64,000 nt of DNA from the human T2T-CHM13v2.0 reference genome, Homo sapiens. Below the pieces are notes generated by a model. That model did no database searches. It saw only the letters and a list, made by a program, of their open reading frames with translations, and was not told the DNA's origin. The DNA lies in NCBI RefSeq assembly GCF_009914755.1, contig NC_060927.1; one strand, written 5' to 3'. Positions within the stretch are counted from its first letter, which is position 1. Each line of letters starts with the position of its first letter. Shown one piece after another: positions 15,215 to 28,899 of this stretch. Position numbers and translations under genes: made by a program.

Positions 15215-15440
15215 CACTCATTCACTCACTCATGCATTCTCCCTTTCCCAAAATATTCAGAGTGCCTATTATGTGCCAAGCCCTGCTTTAGGCACTTGGG
15301 AGATAGCAAGGAATAAGCCAAAAAAAGAGTCTCCTCCACCCACTGAGTTTGCAGGCCTGTTGAGGGAGATGATGAACCATACATGCCAACCAATGTAGCA
15401 GCTAAAAATAATTCCAGAGGGTCAAGTGCCCATGAAAAGA
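15215..15440 (-). mobile_element. L2 3' end
   Basis: ctcattcactcactc...gagtgcctattatgtgccaagccctgctttaggcacttgggagat. Confidence 0.75.
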
Positions 15441-16419
15441 GTAAGAAGTCACTCTCAGAGGAGCTCAGAATGCCTGTATAACAATCTATACCCCCAACCA
15501 GAACATACCTCAGAATAAACTTCAATAAGGCCATGCCAAGCCTGAGAATTGTGAAGAGACATGATCATCTTCCTCTTCAAAGTGGTTGCAGGCCATCCAT
15601 GGTTTCACACAGTCTTTTTTCCACCCGTGACCCCAAAGGAGGAAAGCTTCCATCTGGCCCAGGATTTTTGTTTTAATGATGCAATGATGAAGAATGAGAA
15701 GACAAAAAATAATAAACTCCAGAGCTTGCCTTGAGAATAACGTTTTACCAACAGGATGTGTCATAAATATGAAATGGCAAAGAAAGATGTTCCAGGATTT
15801 GTACTTTGTCCTTTGTTAGCCAGACAGATAATGAGTTACCATCAGGGATTTTTTTTTCTCATTCAAACATGAGCTACATATAACTTCCATACTTCTGTGA
15901 AAAGCGAACCCATAAATTACAAGTTATTGTTTCTTAGAAACTGGGATTGTACAAGGGAGAGCCAAACAAAATCATTTGTTTCATGAGCTTGCAACTTTTT
16001 AATTAAATACCACTTTAAACTCATACATACATAAGCCAAATGTTCCCCATCCATCCTGCTCCAGAGCATGGTGCCCATGCTACCCCTTCCATCATTTTGC
16101 TGTGTTAGAGGTAGGATTCTTGCATTTATTTTTTTTCTAATTTTTTCCTCTATCAATTTAGGCGGGATTGGAAACATAGATAACACAGAACAGGGACTAG
16201 TTTTTAACAGTTTTTGTAGTTGTTATGACCAAGGACCAGGCTATACAGATTGATTATAAATTGATAAGAAAGGGAGGGAGGAAAAGAGGGAGTGAGGGAG
16301 AAATAAGAGAGGAAGCAAGATTGCAAAGGAGATAGAGAGGAGGGCAAGAGGGAGTGGGGAGACTCCCTAGCCAAGCAGCATGTGAACCTAAGACACTTTA
16401 TCTGGTTAGATCCACAGAC

Positions 16420-16826
16420 CATTGAGGCTGAAGCTAGCTTATTCTTCACCAGTATTCATGTTTCTTTCATCATTGGCATACCTCTAAACTGCATTTCCCC
16501 AGCCCCCTCACATGTAAGTGAGGACATGTGACTAGTTACTCCTCACAGAATGTTGGCAGAAGGGATGTGTGTTACTTCCAGGAATGGCCCCTAAAATCTC
16601 CTGATCTGTTCCTCATGCATGCTCCCCTCTCATCTGCTAGATGCAAAGGATCCAGTGGAGGTCTCTGAGGCCCTGGGAGATGGTAGAGCCACACCATGAA
16701 GGTGCCTGGGTCCCTGAATGACTGCATGGAGCTCACTCTACATTGGACTGTGACACAAGCAAGAAAGGTAAGACACCAAGATACAGGGATTGTTTCTATA
16801 CAGTTAACCAGCCCTGAACTGTACAC
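16420..16826 (+). mobile_element. MLT1J2-like LTR
   Basis: gcatttccccagccccc...ggatccagtggaggtctctgaggccctgggagatggtagagccac...cctgggtccctgaatgactgcatggagc. Confidence 0.75.
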
Positions 16827-17094
16827 CCTTTGCTCTATTTTTCCATCCAAGGCAGGCAGCACTAACAGATACTTCATGGATAACTTTTCCCTTCAGTTGT
16901 CCTCAAACATTTCTGCCATGTCCCAGACAATCCTAACTTCACATTCAGAGGGCATTACAGAGATCTCATCCAAGCACTTTAAGTACTAAATTTATATTCT
17001 TAGTTAGTTTGCAATCTACCCTTCACTATAATTCCTATTTAAAAAGGAAGGATGAGTCCATGATTCAATTCAAGATGAGAAAACATTTCTAAAT

Positions 17095-17319
17095 CAAGGG
17101 TAAGCACATTTTTCTGTAAAGGTCCAGATAAGTAAATATTTTAGGCTTCACAAGCCTTACAGTCTCTGTCTCAACGAGCCAACCCTGTCATCCTGGCACA
17201 AAAGCAGCCACAGGCAGTGTGTAAATGAATGGGCATGGCTGTGCTCCAATAGGCTGTGACTTACAAAAAAAGGGCAGCAGGCCAGATTTGGCCCATGGGC
17301 CATAGTGTGCTGACCCCTG
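17095..17319 (-). mobile_element. MER58A (hAT-Charlie MITE)
   Basis: tttctgtaaaggtccagataagtaaatattttaggc...tgctgacccctg; TSD ttctaaat/ctctaaat. Confidence 0.9.
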
Positions 17320-17574
17320 CTCTAAATCATTCTCACATTTTCACTAAATATGACCAAGGGCACATGTAAATTCTAGTATCAATTCAATCCCTGTTACATT
17401 AGTTTATGCTATTTGTTTTAGACCTCATGGCTTCTCTTGAGTAGTGACAGATATGACAAATGAAGTTGCAAACAGTATTTGATTCTTCTTTCTGCCTCAG
17501 CACTGTACTGTGCCTGGCACAAAGTAAAATACAATACATTTTAGTTCCTTTTTACTTCCTTTGAAGCTTGCCTT

Positions 17575-17840
17575 TGAAGGTTAGACTTGAAGTCAGATCT
17601 TCACTTAAGTCCCATTTATTAGTCTGTGGCTTCGGTCAAAGCACCTTCTCTTTGTAAACCTTGGTTTCCAAATCTATAAAATGAAGATAACAATATATAC
17701 CTCATAGGACTTTTTTGAGGGGTAAGGTGGTGAGGAAAAAGAATAACAACATATATATCCTGTGAAATATATTGTGTGATATAACAATATATATAGTATG
17801 AAATGTATAGCACAGTACAGAGGTAAGAGACTATTATTGT
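17575..17840 (+). mobile_element. MIR
   Basis: ggtttccaaatctataaaatgaagataac...cctcatagg...tgtatagcacagtac. Confidence 0.6.
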
Positions 17841-18929
17841 AAGCTGCCTGTCCCTTCCTGGATTCTGGATTTACTTTCTTTCCACTGGAAACATGAGTCC
17901 CCCGACCCCAATCCCAAGGAGGTCTACTAAATCCCCATTTAGCCTAGGCCAAGAGGCTGTTGGGGTGCATGGGTCGGCTCCACCTGTGTTCTGATTGACT
18001 GCCAGAAACCTGAGCCTCCTTTATAGCTACTAACTGGTTCCAGAGAAGCAGCTCCAGCTGCCAAAAAATGTTGCTGTTTTAAAGAGATAAAATGCAATAA
18101 AGATATGTTTGTAATGGGCATACTCAGTATGGTCTGACCGGCCAATGACACAAGGCACTTGGGCTTGGACCCAGTGCTATTTGAAATGAGCTCTGGAATC
18201 GAAGTACTATTCCCATCAAGAGTATCACCCTTAGCAGTCCACAGCTGAAAGCTTCAAAGTGCAAAATTCAAATCTCCTTTTAGTCAAGTATTAAAATAAT
18301 GAAAAAGATTTGTGGATAGAATATTTATCCTGCAGTTGCAAATTTTTATGGCCATCCCATTCTACTGAGAGTTGTTATGTGTATAAAACTCCAGACTCCA
18401 GGGTCGGTCTGAGTCTTCCCTCCCCGTAGACATCTGTACCATCTGTACCATCTACTTATAGTGCATACTTACCACTCTAAAAGAAACAAAATGCTTTTTA
18501 GCTTCCTTGATGATGCTTGCATTAAAACCTGAAGGAAAACATTGCAATGGGCTCTTGTCAGCTAGTCATTACACATTCCCTGACAGTGTCTAGAATAGTG
18601 CCTGGCAAGAGAAGGGCTTTAAACAAGATTTACTAATGTTCCAAGTCCTATATCTGGTCATTGTCCTATATCTGATAGGGCATGGATGGCAAGTACCCAA
18701 CAAATTCATCATTAAATTTGTGCTCAGGGCAAGCAGCAATAATCACTCAAGACACTTTTTTCTTTTCTGATGAGCCAAAACAGAGTAACAGTTACATCTT
18801 GGCTGGGGCAGCTTTCCTGCATCTCTGCACAGTCATGCCTTCAGGATGGGGGTCTCTCTGCTAGCACTTGGCGTCTCCCGCAAACCAGTTCCTCCTACCA
18901 TCTTAGCTAATCTTTGTTAACTGATCCAC

Positions 18930-19491
18930 ATATCCACCCAAGACTTCAAACTAAAAATCTGAAAGCATCCTTAACTAATCCTCCAACATCTAATCAATCA
19001 ACAAATCCTATGAACTCTAATACCCCAAATAAAATTTGAATTGCTTCTCTTCATCTCTATCATTGTAACCTAGGCCATCTTTGGTTGCAAGTATTTCCAT
19101 AGCTTTTTAAGTGCAAGTGCTTTCTGGCTTCCATGGCAACCCCCCTCAGTCTGTTTCCCATACAGCTGCCAGAGGGCAATACTAAGGCAGAGCATGTCAA
19201 TGGCTCACTGCTGAACTGCATAACCTGCCTGATCTAGTGCTTCCTGTCCTTTCCAACATCATCTCAGCTCACTCTCCTGTCCATTACTGCAGTGCAGTTG
19301 CAGCTGCATTGACCTTCTTGCTGTTCTTGGAAAGCACCCAGCTTTTGACCCACTTAGGGGGTCACACATGTGTTGTTGTCTGCTGGTAAGTCTGCTGCCT
19401 ATGACAACCCCCACCCCATTGGCTAAGTTCTCATTCTTCAAGTTACAAACAAAGTACCACATCCTCTGAGAGGGCTTCCTAGATCACTCTC
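18930..19491 (+). mobile_element. L2 fragment (host of a THE1 insertion)
   Basis: catctaatcaatcaacaaatcct...acagctgccagaggg...cacatcctctgagagggcttcctagatcac. Confidence 0.65.
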
Positions 19492-19854
19492 TGATATGGT
19501 TTGGCTGTGTCCCTACCCAAATCTCATCTTGAATTGTGGCTCCCATAATCCCCATGTGTCATGGGAGGGACCTGGTGGGAGGTAACTGAATCATGGGAGC
19601 AGGTTTTCCCATGCTGTTCTCATGACAGTCAGTAAGTGTCACAAGATCTGATGGTTTTATAAAGGAGAGTTCCCCTGCACATGCTCACTCGTCTGCTGAC
19701 ATGTAAAATGTGCCTTTGTTCTTCCTTTGCCTTCTGCCATGCTTGTGAGGCCTCCCCAACCATGTGCAACTATGAGTCCATTAAACCTCCTTCCTTTATA
19801 AATTACCCAGTCTCAGGTATGTCTTTATCGGCAGCATGAGAATGGATTAATACA
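19492..19854 (+). mobile_element. THE1C-like solo LTR
   Basis: tgatatggtttggctgtgtccc...ggattaataca; TSD ctctc/ctccc. Confidence 0.93.
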
Positions 19855-21979
19855 CTCCCTCAACCACTTTCTTCTCTATCAACCCAATGCCCTTATTCTC
19901 TGACCTTATTCTTTCCCTGAAGACTTGGACTTAATCGAAAGTTTTATACATGTAGAAGTTGCTACTTTTAGTAGAAAAGGAAACATCCGTGAAAACAGTA
20001 CCTTGGTCATTTCTAAGTAGTTACCACATTTCACAATATTATATTATGTTTTGTTTCTATATAACTTCTCTTAACTAAGGTATTATAAGCTCTATTTGGG
20101 TTAGAGACAATGTTTGTCTTGTCATTCAGTACTAGAAGGGAAAAAAGATGATAGAAAACAAATATCCCTTTATTCTGTCTGGTGAGGAATTCTAAATGAT
20201 ATTCATAGACACCTTTTGTGGCATCTGCCCCAAAAACTCCCTTTCCAGGAAATCCACAAATATTCATAATGAACCCCTTATACACAAGGGTAGTAGACCA
20301 AATATCCATGTTTAGGCCATGAGACACTACCCATTTTTAATGTCTGAGTTTTATATTTGCCACTGTCTAAGGTGTCTAAGACACCTTGTGGGCAGGGATC
20401 CCATGGGATTTACCCATTTTTTAATCCAGCAACTGAGATCAGTGACTGCTACATAATTACACTTTGAATCCATGAAAGGACAGAGCCAATTAGTTTACCC
20501 AGGCATCCAAGTCTTGTTTATTGGGTGGCCTGGGTTGGTTTAAGCTGCAGGAATCTAATAAGGGAACACCCAGAAAGATGAAACCATATCCTTAAATTCC
20601 TATTCATCCAATAATCCTAAAATAATTTATAATAAAATTAGAAACAAAGGGCAATTGTATAGGATCTTTGTCTGTCTAGTCCCCCACTTCAGAGAGCCTC
20701 CAGGGGTAGTTTTCAGAGCCCTGGATGAGGTTTGGCTCAGGCAAATCCCATTGTTTGTGGTTCCATTGGAAGAGTCAGTCTCTCTTCTCCCAGCCCCCAT
20801 GCAACTCTTGGAAAATGGTGCTCAATGGAGAGCATCCTTTGCAGAGGAACTTTGTCCTTAGGGGAAAGTTCTAGATGACAAGTCATAAATTTAGAAGGCC
20901 CTGGTCTCAGAAGGCACTCTGAATGATTTCAACAAAGTACAGAAGGAGAAGGTGGTTTTAAAACAGTTGCACCATTGGGTTCAGAAAAAGGAGAGGTCTG
21001 TGTACAAATACAGACCACTTTAGTTCTTAAAACATCTGCATATTTTCTAGTCACCAAAGTCACACACAGCTTTACAGCAATAAAGAGGATATTATTTACC
21101 CACCCACTTGACAGGTAGGCAAACTGAGTTCGGAGTTGCTGAGTACAACACTAGAAGAGTGTCTCGTAGGAGAGATGCCCAATAGCTGCGCTCCATGTAT
21201 CCCAATAGCCTTTCTTTCTCTTCATGCTTAGAAACTCACCGTGACTGATATAAAAAGTGCTCAGTCAGACAGATGAAGACCTCCTGTCTTGGATAAAATA
21301 GGTGCATTCAGGGTGAGAACAGATTAAGTTAAGGCTGCCATAACAGAGAGAAATAGGGAACTCAGGGAGTTTGGGTGATTTGCATGGGTCCTGTTCCAGT
21401 TCACATTTGCATCAATCATATCAATATTGAAGAAAAAGATCTGACTTGACTTCCTTTAGATTCTGGTGGACAGACACAGGGATGGCTCAAATCATCTTAC
21501 TTGTTAACTTTCTTCTTCTTTATGGTCAAGGACTTAGTTTTGTACCCCTACTCTATTCTTGGCATTCTGAGCAGTGACTGACACATAGTAAACTCTCATT
21601 GCTCTTAATGAATATACTCAATTTACCACTTTACTTTGACCTCAGACATTCTCTGACTTTCTGGGATGCAGATTACTGTTTCAAAACAGCTTATGTTTTT
21701 CTTAAGCAATAAATAGGCCATCATTTCTACCCTTGAAAGAAAATGCTATGTGAGACCACACTGGATCTCAACCTCAAGCTGTCCCTTGGCTTCTCTGAGG
21801 TGCATCGTGCAGAGGTTGAGCCTCCCCCCGCTGGATCTGAAGGATGTAGGTACAAACAGCTGAGTATACAACCAATGGACCCCAGCCCAGTGAAGTCACT
21901 ACCTTAGAGGCCCAAGACTGTCATCACTGTCCTCACAAGTCCATGCTTCTGGACTAGTGGTGGACACCTGCAGCATCTG

Positions 21980-22340
21980 GCTTACTGTTGAGAGCTCTGA
22001 CTACAAGAGACCAGATTCAAATTCAGCTTGGCGTGGGACTATGGGTGATGTATCGAACCTCCCTGGAGCTCAGTTGTTTTGGCTGTGAAATGGGAGAGAA
22101 TAAAACACCTCATAATGCAGCAAATCACAAACTACAATGTGCACACAAATCACCTGGGGATCTTATGATGCTGCAGGTTCAGGCTCAGTAGGTCTGAGGT
22201 GGGGCCTGAGAGCTCAGAATTCTAATAAGCTACCAGGCCATACCGATGTGGCTGATCTGGAGACTGCACTCCAAGTAGCAAAGTCATAGAGCAGTAAATG
22301 AGATAATAGAATAAAAGGAGATTATTAACATGAACAAGCA
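21980..22340 (+). mobile_element. MIR interrupted by MER5A1
   Basis: agagctctgactac...ggagctcagttg...tgtgaaatggga...cctcata[MER5A1]tcatagagcagtaaatgagataat. Confidence 0.6.
22118..22283. mobile_element. MER5A1-like MITE
   Basis: aatcacctggggatctt...cagtaggtctgaggtggggcctgaga...ttctaataagctaccagg. Confidence 0.8.
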
Positions 22341-23702
22341 TTATAAAACAAATTATTAATAATCATGATCAGTAGTAGCATTTTGGTTAACATACATGAA
22401 ATTACCACCAGCCAGGTTTGAATTAGACTGTTTCCCGCCCTGAGTCCTTTCAAACAAGTTTTGTGATTCCATCTGAAAGCTCCTTCAGACATTCCCATAA
22501 GCCCTCATGTAACTACAGAAGTCAAGGGCACAGTGAGAAGATATTTTATTACCCGTGTATTTATTTATGGGTTTTGGGGGTTTTAAAACTGGCAATTAAA
22601 ACCTTGTAAATTTGTATTATCAACAAAATAAATGTAGACGGGTTAGTTACTCTTTGCTAATAAATTTGATCATTCATTTATAAAACGAATGTTCACCCAA
22701 GAATCACAGAGCACTCTATAAATATCGCTTCACGAAGCCGCAAACCACCTCGACAAGGAAGGCACACAGCACCCCTGAGGGGTTAAACAAACCCTCCCGG
22801 GCCTGGGGGATGGGAGGGCAGTGCCTGAATTCCAGCCCCCTGGTCCTCTTCCAGTACTCAGGTTCAGGCTCTGCCCCGGGGGGGCCTGACTCTTTGAAGC
22901 AAGATATCCGCTTGGATGCGTTTCAAATCAGCTTGCCTAGAGGCTCCAGCCCCAGATAGCCCCAGGAACCTGTCTGTAGGAGCTGGAGAAAACCATATTT
23001 CTCTCCTGTGAGAGGTTGAGGAGGACTAGCCTCCCCCATTTCCTCTTTTCCAATCATGCACTCTGGGTAGTTCAGCTACTGTTCCAGAGGTAACTTACAA
23101 ACCGACTGGCCCAGCTATGGAACTCCAGCATGGAATTAATAAAACAAAACTGCTTGTTCGCTGATTTCTCAGCCAACGGCCCCCACTTCAAGACTTACTC
23201 AGCTGACGGTCCTCTTCACTTCTCCCCCATAAATGAACTCAGTAAAGTGTTTTTGTCTTTGAATCCTGGTGCCCTAGATGGACCAGGGTTTTTGTGGCTG
23301 GGTTTGAATTCCAGCCCCACCATGGTGGGGGACCACGGACCTCATGTTCCTTAGCTGTGAATTGGGCTTATTTTAGGCAAAGTCATCTGGTGCCTGTGAG
23401 GATGTTCAGAAATGATGTGTAAAGAGCCCCAATAATGGAATTTATCCCTATTGGTAGTGCTGGTACCAGTTGTGATATTAGTCATAGATGCAACACTAGC
23501 AGCAGAGTGTCAGGCCCGATTATAACTTTTAGGAACCTGAGCCCATGCTTCTCTCATGCACTTCATTTGTTGAGAGGAAAGGGAACAAGAGGATTGATCT
23601 CTCATTTATGAGTGCCCTAAGCAGAGCTTAGGCTGTCTCATCAGTCATCTAGCCCTCCAAGATATTACATCTTACTCCCTCTTCCCAAATTATTGACCCA
23701 GC

Positions 23703-24456
23703 TGATACAGACAAGAGACGAGGAAGTACTGGGTAGAAGTGGGTGGGTCCCCAGCAAAGGCCCCATCCTCAAGCCTGGAAACTCACGGCCCTAATGGGAA
23801 CAGGCATTCATGTTTACACACCCAAAAGTTGCATTTGGCCTGCCAGGCTCCCTTACCCTGTACCCGTATAAACCCCAGACCCCAGGCTCCAGAAGCAGAC
23901 GAAGATGAACAGAAGAGCAGAAGCACAGCAGAACGGCATGGCAGAGAGAAGAGAATGAGCATCTGAATGCTGAGAGGAGTTTGGCTGGGAATGGTCAGAG
24001 AGATTGGCTGCTGGACAGCCAAACTCCGGGAGAAGATCATCTCCCCACTCCATTCACTTTTCAGCTCCCCACCCAACCCGCTGAGCCCTACCTCCATCAC
24101 TCAATAAAACCCCTGCATTCGTCCTTCAAGTTCGTGTGCAACCTGATTCTTCCTATATGCTTGGTACCTCAGTACCAAGAGGACACTGAGCTGGTTAACA
24201 CTTAAGCTGTCTGTGGATGGCAAGGCTAAAAGAGCTCACCGTAGCACAAGCCTACACAGGCTTTGGGAGTTACAGGCGCCCACTCCTAGATGCTACCATG
24301 GGGCCAGAGCCCCAAAGCACTTGCCCCAGCTCCTTCACCTGCCCATCTGCATGCTCCCCCTCCCATAAGGGGTTTGAGCAGGTGCAGTGTCTGAACAGAC
24401 AAGCCACACCCCTGTCGCACATCCTGCGAGGGGTGTCAGGGAACTCTCGCATTTCA
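23703..24456 (+). mobile_element. LTR1-family solo LTR (ERV1/HUERS-P2)
   Basis: tgatacagacaagagacgaggaagtactgggtagaag...cagggaactctcgcatttca; TATAAA 23867, AATAAA 24103; TSD cagc/caac. Confidence 0.85.
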
Positions 24457-25088
24457 CAACCATCTTCCTGGCACACCTTTTTGCCACCTGCCCTCAGACC
24501 AGCTGGTATTATTCTTCTTCTTGCTGGTGAGAGGAACCAAAACCTCCGACTCACAAACACTGATGGGGAGCAGTGATATGCATTGCTCTTAGCCTAGGTC
24601 TACTGAGTGGTCTCACTCCTTTGGAGCTACCTTTGCCTGGGCTATGTGGCATCCACGTGCTTTTCTTCTTACGCAAGGCCTCATGGACTACATGTTAGAG
24701 GTTTTTCATAATTTATTATTTGTTACTTACTGATTTCTTAACTACTGACTGTATCTGTATTCTGTCTTGATTCATTTTCTGAAAAAGCAGGACTCATCTT
24801 TACTTAATGAGCTTTATTCCAGTCCTAGAGAGAGGTAGGAATTTAATTTGACTGAGATATTCTGTTCCTCACTGCTGCCTTTACTTGATTAACATGGAGA
24901 ATCATAAAATTTCTGAGCAGAGAACCAAAAGTAGATAACAAATAGGCTATGAAGCTTGCTGAGATATCTGTAGAGGGGAGATTGATAAAGATGTTTAATA
25001 CATCTTTCTATAAATAAAAGGACTTCTGGTTTGCCCTGGACTTGGAATGAATCTTCTCAGGGCTTCAAGACAGTCATCACTCTGGCTA

Positions 25089-25562
<474 letters not shown>

Positions 25563-26015
25563 TTATGAAGTGAGCTTCTGTCAAGTTTTTTGTATTTTTC
25601 TTTTCGACTCTTAATATAAAATCATCCAAAAGGTATTCATACCTGTGAGTATTTGTTAGCATGGTTTTAAAATGTAGTATGTCTTCTTTGTTCAATTTAA
25701 ACAACGTTGGAAGAAAACAATGTTTTCCCATGTTTTCTGTTCATGTCTTTTCCCCTCTAGAGCTTGGCTCACACCATTCCTTGCATTTAGAATATCCTTT
25801 CTATTATGCCCAAATCTATTTCATTCTTTAAGGCACATTTAAAGGCTCTCAACCTTTCATGCTCAACTGCTGCTTTCTCTCGTCTTTACTGATTTGTTTA
25901 CTGGAAGTCATCTCCCCCAGTTCTGCATACTTTCATACAGAAAATAGCAAATTTCAGATGTTTGTTCATTTAGTTTTCAAAAGAAGGGTACCTTGGCAAG
26001 TCAGGCTTGCATTCT

Positions 26016-26690
26016 CTTTTTTAAAATAGCTTTTATTAAGATATAATTCACATGCAGTAAAAGTTGCACAAAAGTGAACAATTCAGTAGTTTTGAGTGTA
26101 TTCATAGTTGTCCAACCATCACCATAATCTAATTTTAGAGCATTTTCATTACCCCACAGAGAAACCCTATGAAGAGTACACATTAGCAGTCACTCCCATC
26201 CCCCCCACCCCTCAACTCTAGGCTACCATGAATCTACTTTCAGTATCCATAGATTTGTCTATTCTAGACATTTCATATACATAAAATTACACAGTATGTT
26301 GACTTTTCTTTGTTGACTGGCTTTCTTCATTTAGCGTAATGTTCTCACAAGGCATCTGTTTTGTGGCATGAATAAAGACTTCATTCTTTTTTATCCACTG
26401 TATGGATATACCATCTTTTGCTTACTTATTTATCAGTTAATGGACATTTTGGTTGTCTCCACTTTTTGGCTTTTATGAGTAATGTTGTTGTGAATACTCA
26501 TGCATATGTTTTCAATTCTCTTAGGTAGACACTTAGGAGTGGAATTGCTGAGTCATACAGTAATTCTATGTTTAACATTTTGAGGAGCTGCCAAACTGTT
26601 TCCAAAATGGCTGCAACATTCTATATTTCCATCAGCAAGGTAAGAGGGTATCAGTTCCCGCACATTCTCGCTGACACTTTCCTTTGTCTG
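26016..26690 (-). mobile_element. L1MB 3' end
   Basis: ttttattaagatataattcaca...caaccatcaccataatctaattttagagcattttcattacccc...ggagtggaattgctgagtcat. Confidence 0.85.
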
Positions 26691-27072
26691 CCTTGCATTC
26701 TTATCAGACTTACATTCTTGGTCTGAAGCTTTATTTCAGAAAACAAATTTGAGGAGAAGAATGGATTTGTTAGACTTGCTTCAAGAAATGTTTTCTCCTA
26801 AAATGTGCCCAATGTGCTAGGCCTAATGTGCTGTGCCTGCACAGGGAGTTATTGAGCCTCTGACCCCCTGAGCAGGCACAGCACATTGGAAGAAGGATGC
26901 TGCTGTACCTCGGAACCGGGAAGCCCCTGAGGTCTCCTTCTCAGTGCCACCATTTGCAAACGATATGCCTTTGGTAGATTAGTGTCTAACCCTTAGTTGC
27001 CTCATAGATAAGATGAAGAAGATATTTCCGCTTTTCATTACCACAAAATAGGATGTGTGTGTGTCAATATAT

Positions 27073-27437
27073 TGTATTAGTCCATTCTCACACTACTAAT
27101 AAAGACATGCCTGAGACTCAGTAATTTATAAAGAAAAGAGGTTTAATTAACTCAAATTTCTGCATGGCTGGGGAGGCCTCAGGAAACTTGCAGTCATGAT
27201 GGAAGCCACCTCTTCACAGGGCTGTAGGAGAGAGAATGAGTGCCAGCAGGGGAAAAATGCTAGGCACTTAAGAAACCACCAGATCTCATGAGACTCACAC
27301 ACTATCATGTGAACAGCATGGGGAAACCACACCCATGATTCAATTACCTCCCACCGGGTCCCTCCCACAACACATGGCAATGATAGGAACTACAATTCAA
27401 GATGAAATTTGGGTGGGGACACTGCCAAACCATATAA
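27073..27437 (-). mobile_element. THE1D-like solo LTR
   Basis: tgtattagtccattctcac...cacctcttcacaggg...ccaaaccatataa; TSD tatat/catat. Confidence 0.92.
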
Positions 27438-27559
27438 CATATCTAGAAGCTCATATGGGCCATAACAGGCATTCTAGAAAGCTCTTTCTGAATGATTCTC
27501 CCTGAAGTCTTGTAGTTCTGTGGCAGTGCCTTTAAGTACGCCACCATAGAAAAGGGAAG

Positions 27560-27730
27560 TTTTGGTCAATTTTTGTAAATTCCATGTGTGTGACAAGAAT
27601 GAGTGGTCTCTGTTAAGTACAAAGATTGTATACAAACATACACATATCAGGCGAATTACTGTGGAAGTCAAATCCAATTTATCTTTGTTTAATTTTGATC
27701 TCCTTGATGGACTGGTTTTTGAGAAAGTTC
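27560..27730 (-). mobile_element. Old L1 ORF2 fragment
   Basis: ttttgtaaattccatgtgtgtgacaagaatgagtggtctctg resembles the L1 endonuclease region in reverse. Confidence 0.5.
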
Positions 27731-27914
27731 TGGACCGTTTCCCACACTGACTCTTCACTCAACCATTTATCCTCATGTTTCTGTCATATCTTTACACAGC
27801 AAATCCCAGCTAGTCCTCTCCTAAGTACACTATTCTGTTCCCAAGTCCTCTGGTGCCTGAAGCTTTCTCATTATCATGAGAGCAAAATAATGTGAGTGTT
27901 AAGGCCCACAAAGC

Positions 27915-28170
27915 AATAAAGCATGATTGTGAAGAGCAGAAGCTTTGCAGACAGACCCAAGTTCAAACCTTGGCACCATCACTTCCCAGCTTATGAACTT
28001 GGGAGGCTAACTGACTTTCTCTGAGCCTCAGAGTTCCTGTCTGTAAAATGGGAAAATTAACACCGGAAGTTAGGGTGGATTCAATGAGACCACGCATGTA
28101 AAGCAGTTATCACAGAGCTGGGGAGAGGAACCGGTAAGGATTTAGTAAATGCTAATTTTGTTAGTAACAA
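27915..28170 (+). mobile_element. MIR, near full length
   Basis: aagagcagaagctttgcagacagacccaagttcaaacc...ctctgagcctcagagttcctgtctgtaaaatggg. Confidence 0.8.
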
Positions 28171-28179
28171 TAGACAACA

Positions 28180-28400
28180 TCTGCATGGCAGCAGATCTTC
28201 ACCTTCCTGAGAGTGCTTAATATGTTCTGGGCACTAAGCCAAGTGCTTCAGTTGTATCAGCACATTTAATCCTCACAGCAAACCCATAAGAGTGATAGGA
28301 CGGACATCACCATTTTACAGAGGAGGCCACTGGGGCACAGAGGGATGAGGCAGCCCACCCAAGGTCACCAGTGAGCAGTTGCTCCTGAACTGCACCTCCA
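28180..28400 (-). mobile_element. MIR
   Basis: gagtgcttaatatgttctgggcactaagccaagtgc...tttaatcctcacagc...cattttacagaggagg. Confidence 0.8.
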
Positions 28401-28899
28401 TCATGGGAGCATGGGAGCCTGGGCTCATCTTCTGATGACAAAGTCGGTCATGGAACTAACAAGAAGACACACCACAAAAAGGGACTCTTTGTCCCACATC
28501 CCTTTCTGTGACCTCCCAGAAGTGCCCCGCAGCACCAGACTCCACTCTGGGTGGCTACTGTGGTTCTTCTTTTGTGTCTGGGAAAAAAGGGTGCTCGATA
28601 GGATCCAGCTGCCAGCTCACTACAGCCCAGCCCTCCTCCGGTACTCCCAGAACAGCTCTTGGGTCTAGGACAACAAAGCCCTTATTGGTCTCATTGTTGC
28701 AAGTGTAGTTGGAAACATCTGAGATAAAGCTGGGATGGAAAACTGAGCAAACTGTTAAAATCTGCACAATAAAAAGGCACAATCAGGACACACTTAGGGA
28801 TAACATGTTACACTTCCAAAAATTAACACTGTTGGATGAAAGCCCCAGCTTCCCAGTTTTAGTTCATTTTAGAAAAAAAATCTACAATACATAAATATA

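Noticed and set aside
22870-22890. CTCF-like gccccgggggggcc
   Set aside because: Lacks the core AG of the CTCF motif; cannot be supported without ChIP data.
27915-28400. Adjacent inverted MIR pair as a structured RNA
   Set aside because: The copies are too diverged for evident long pairing, and such pairs are common.
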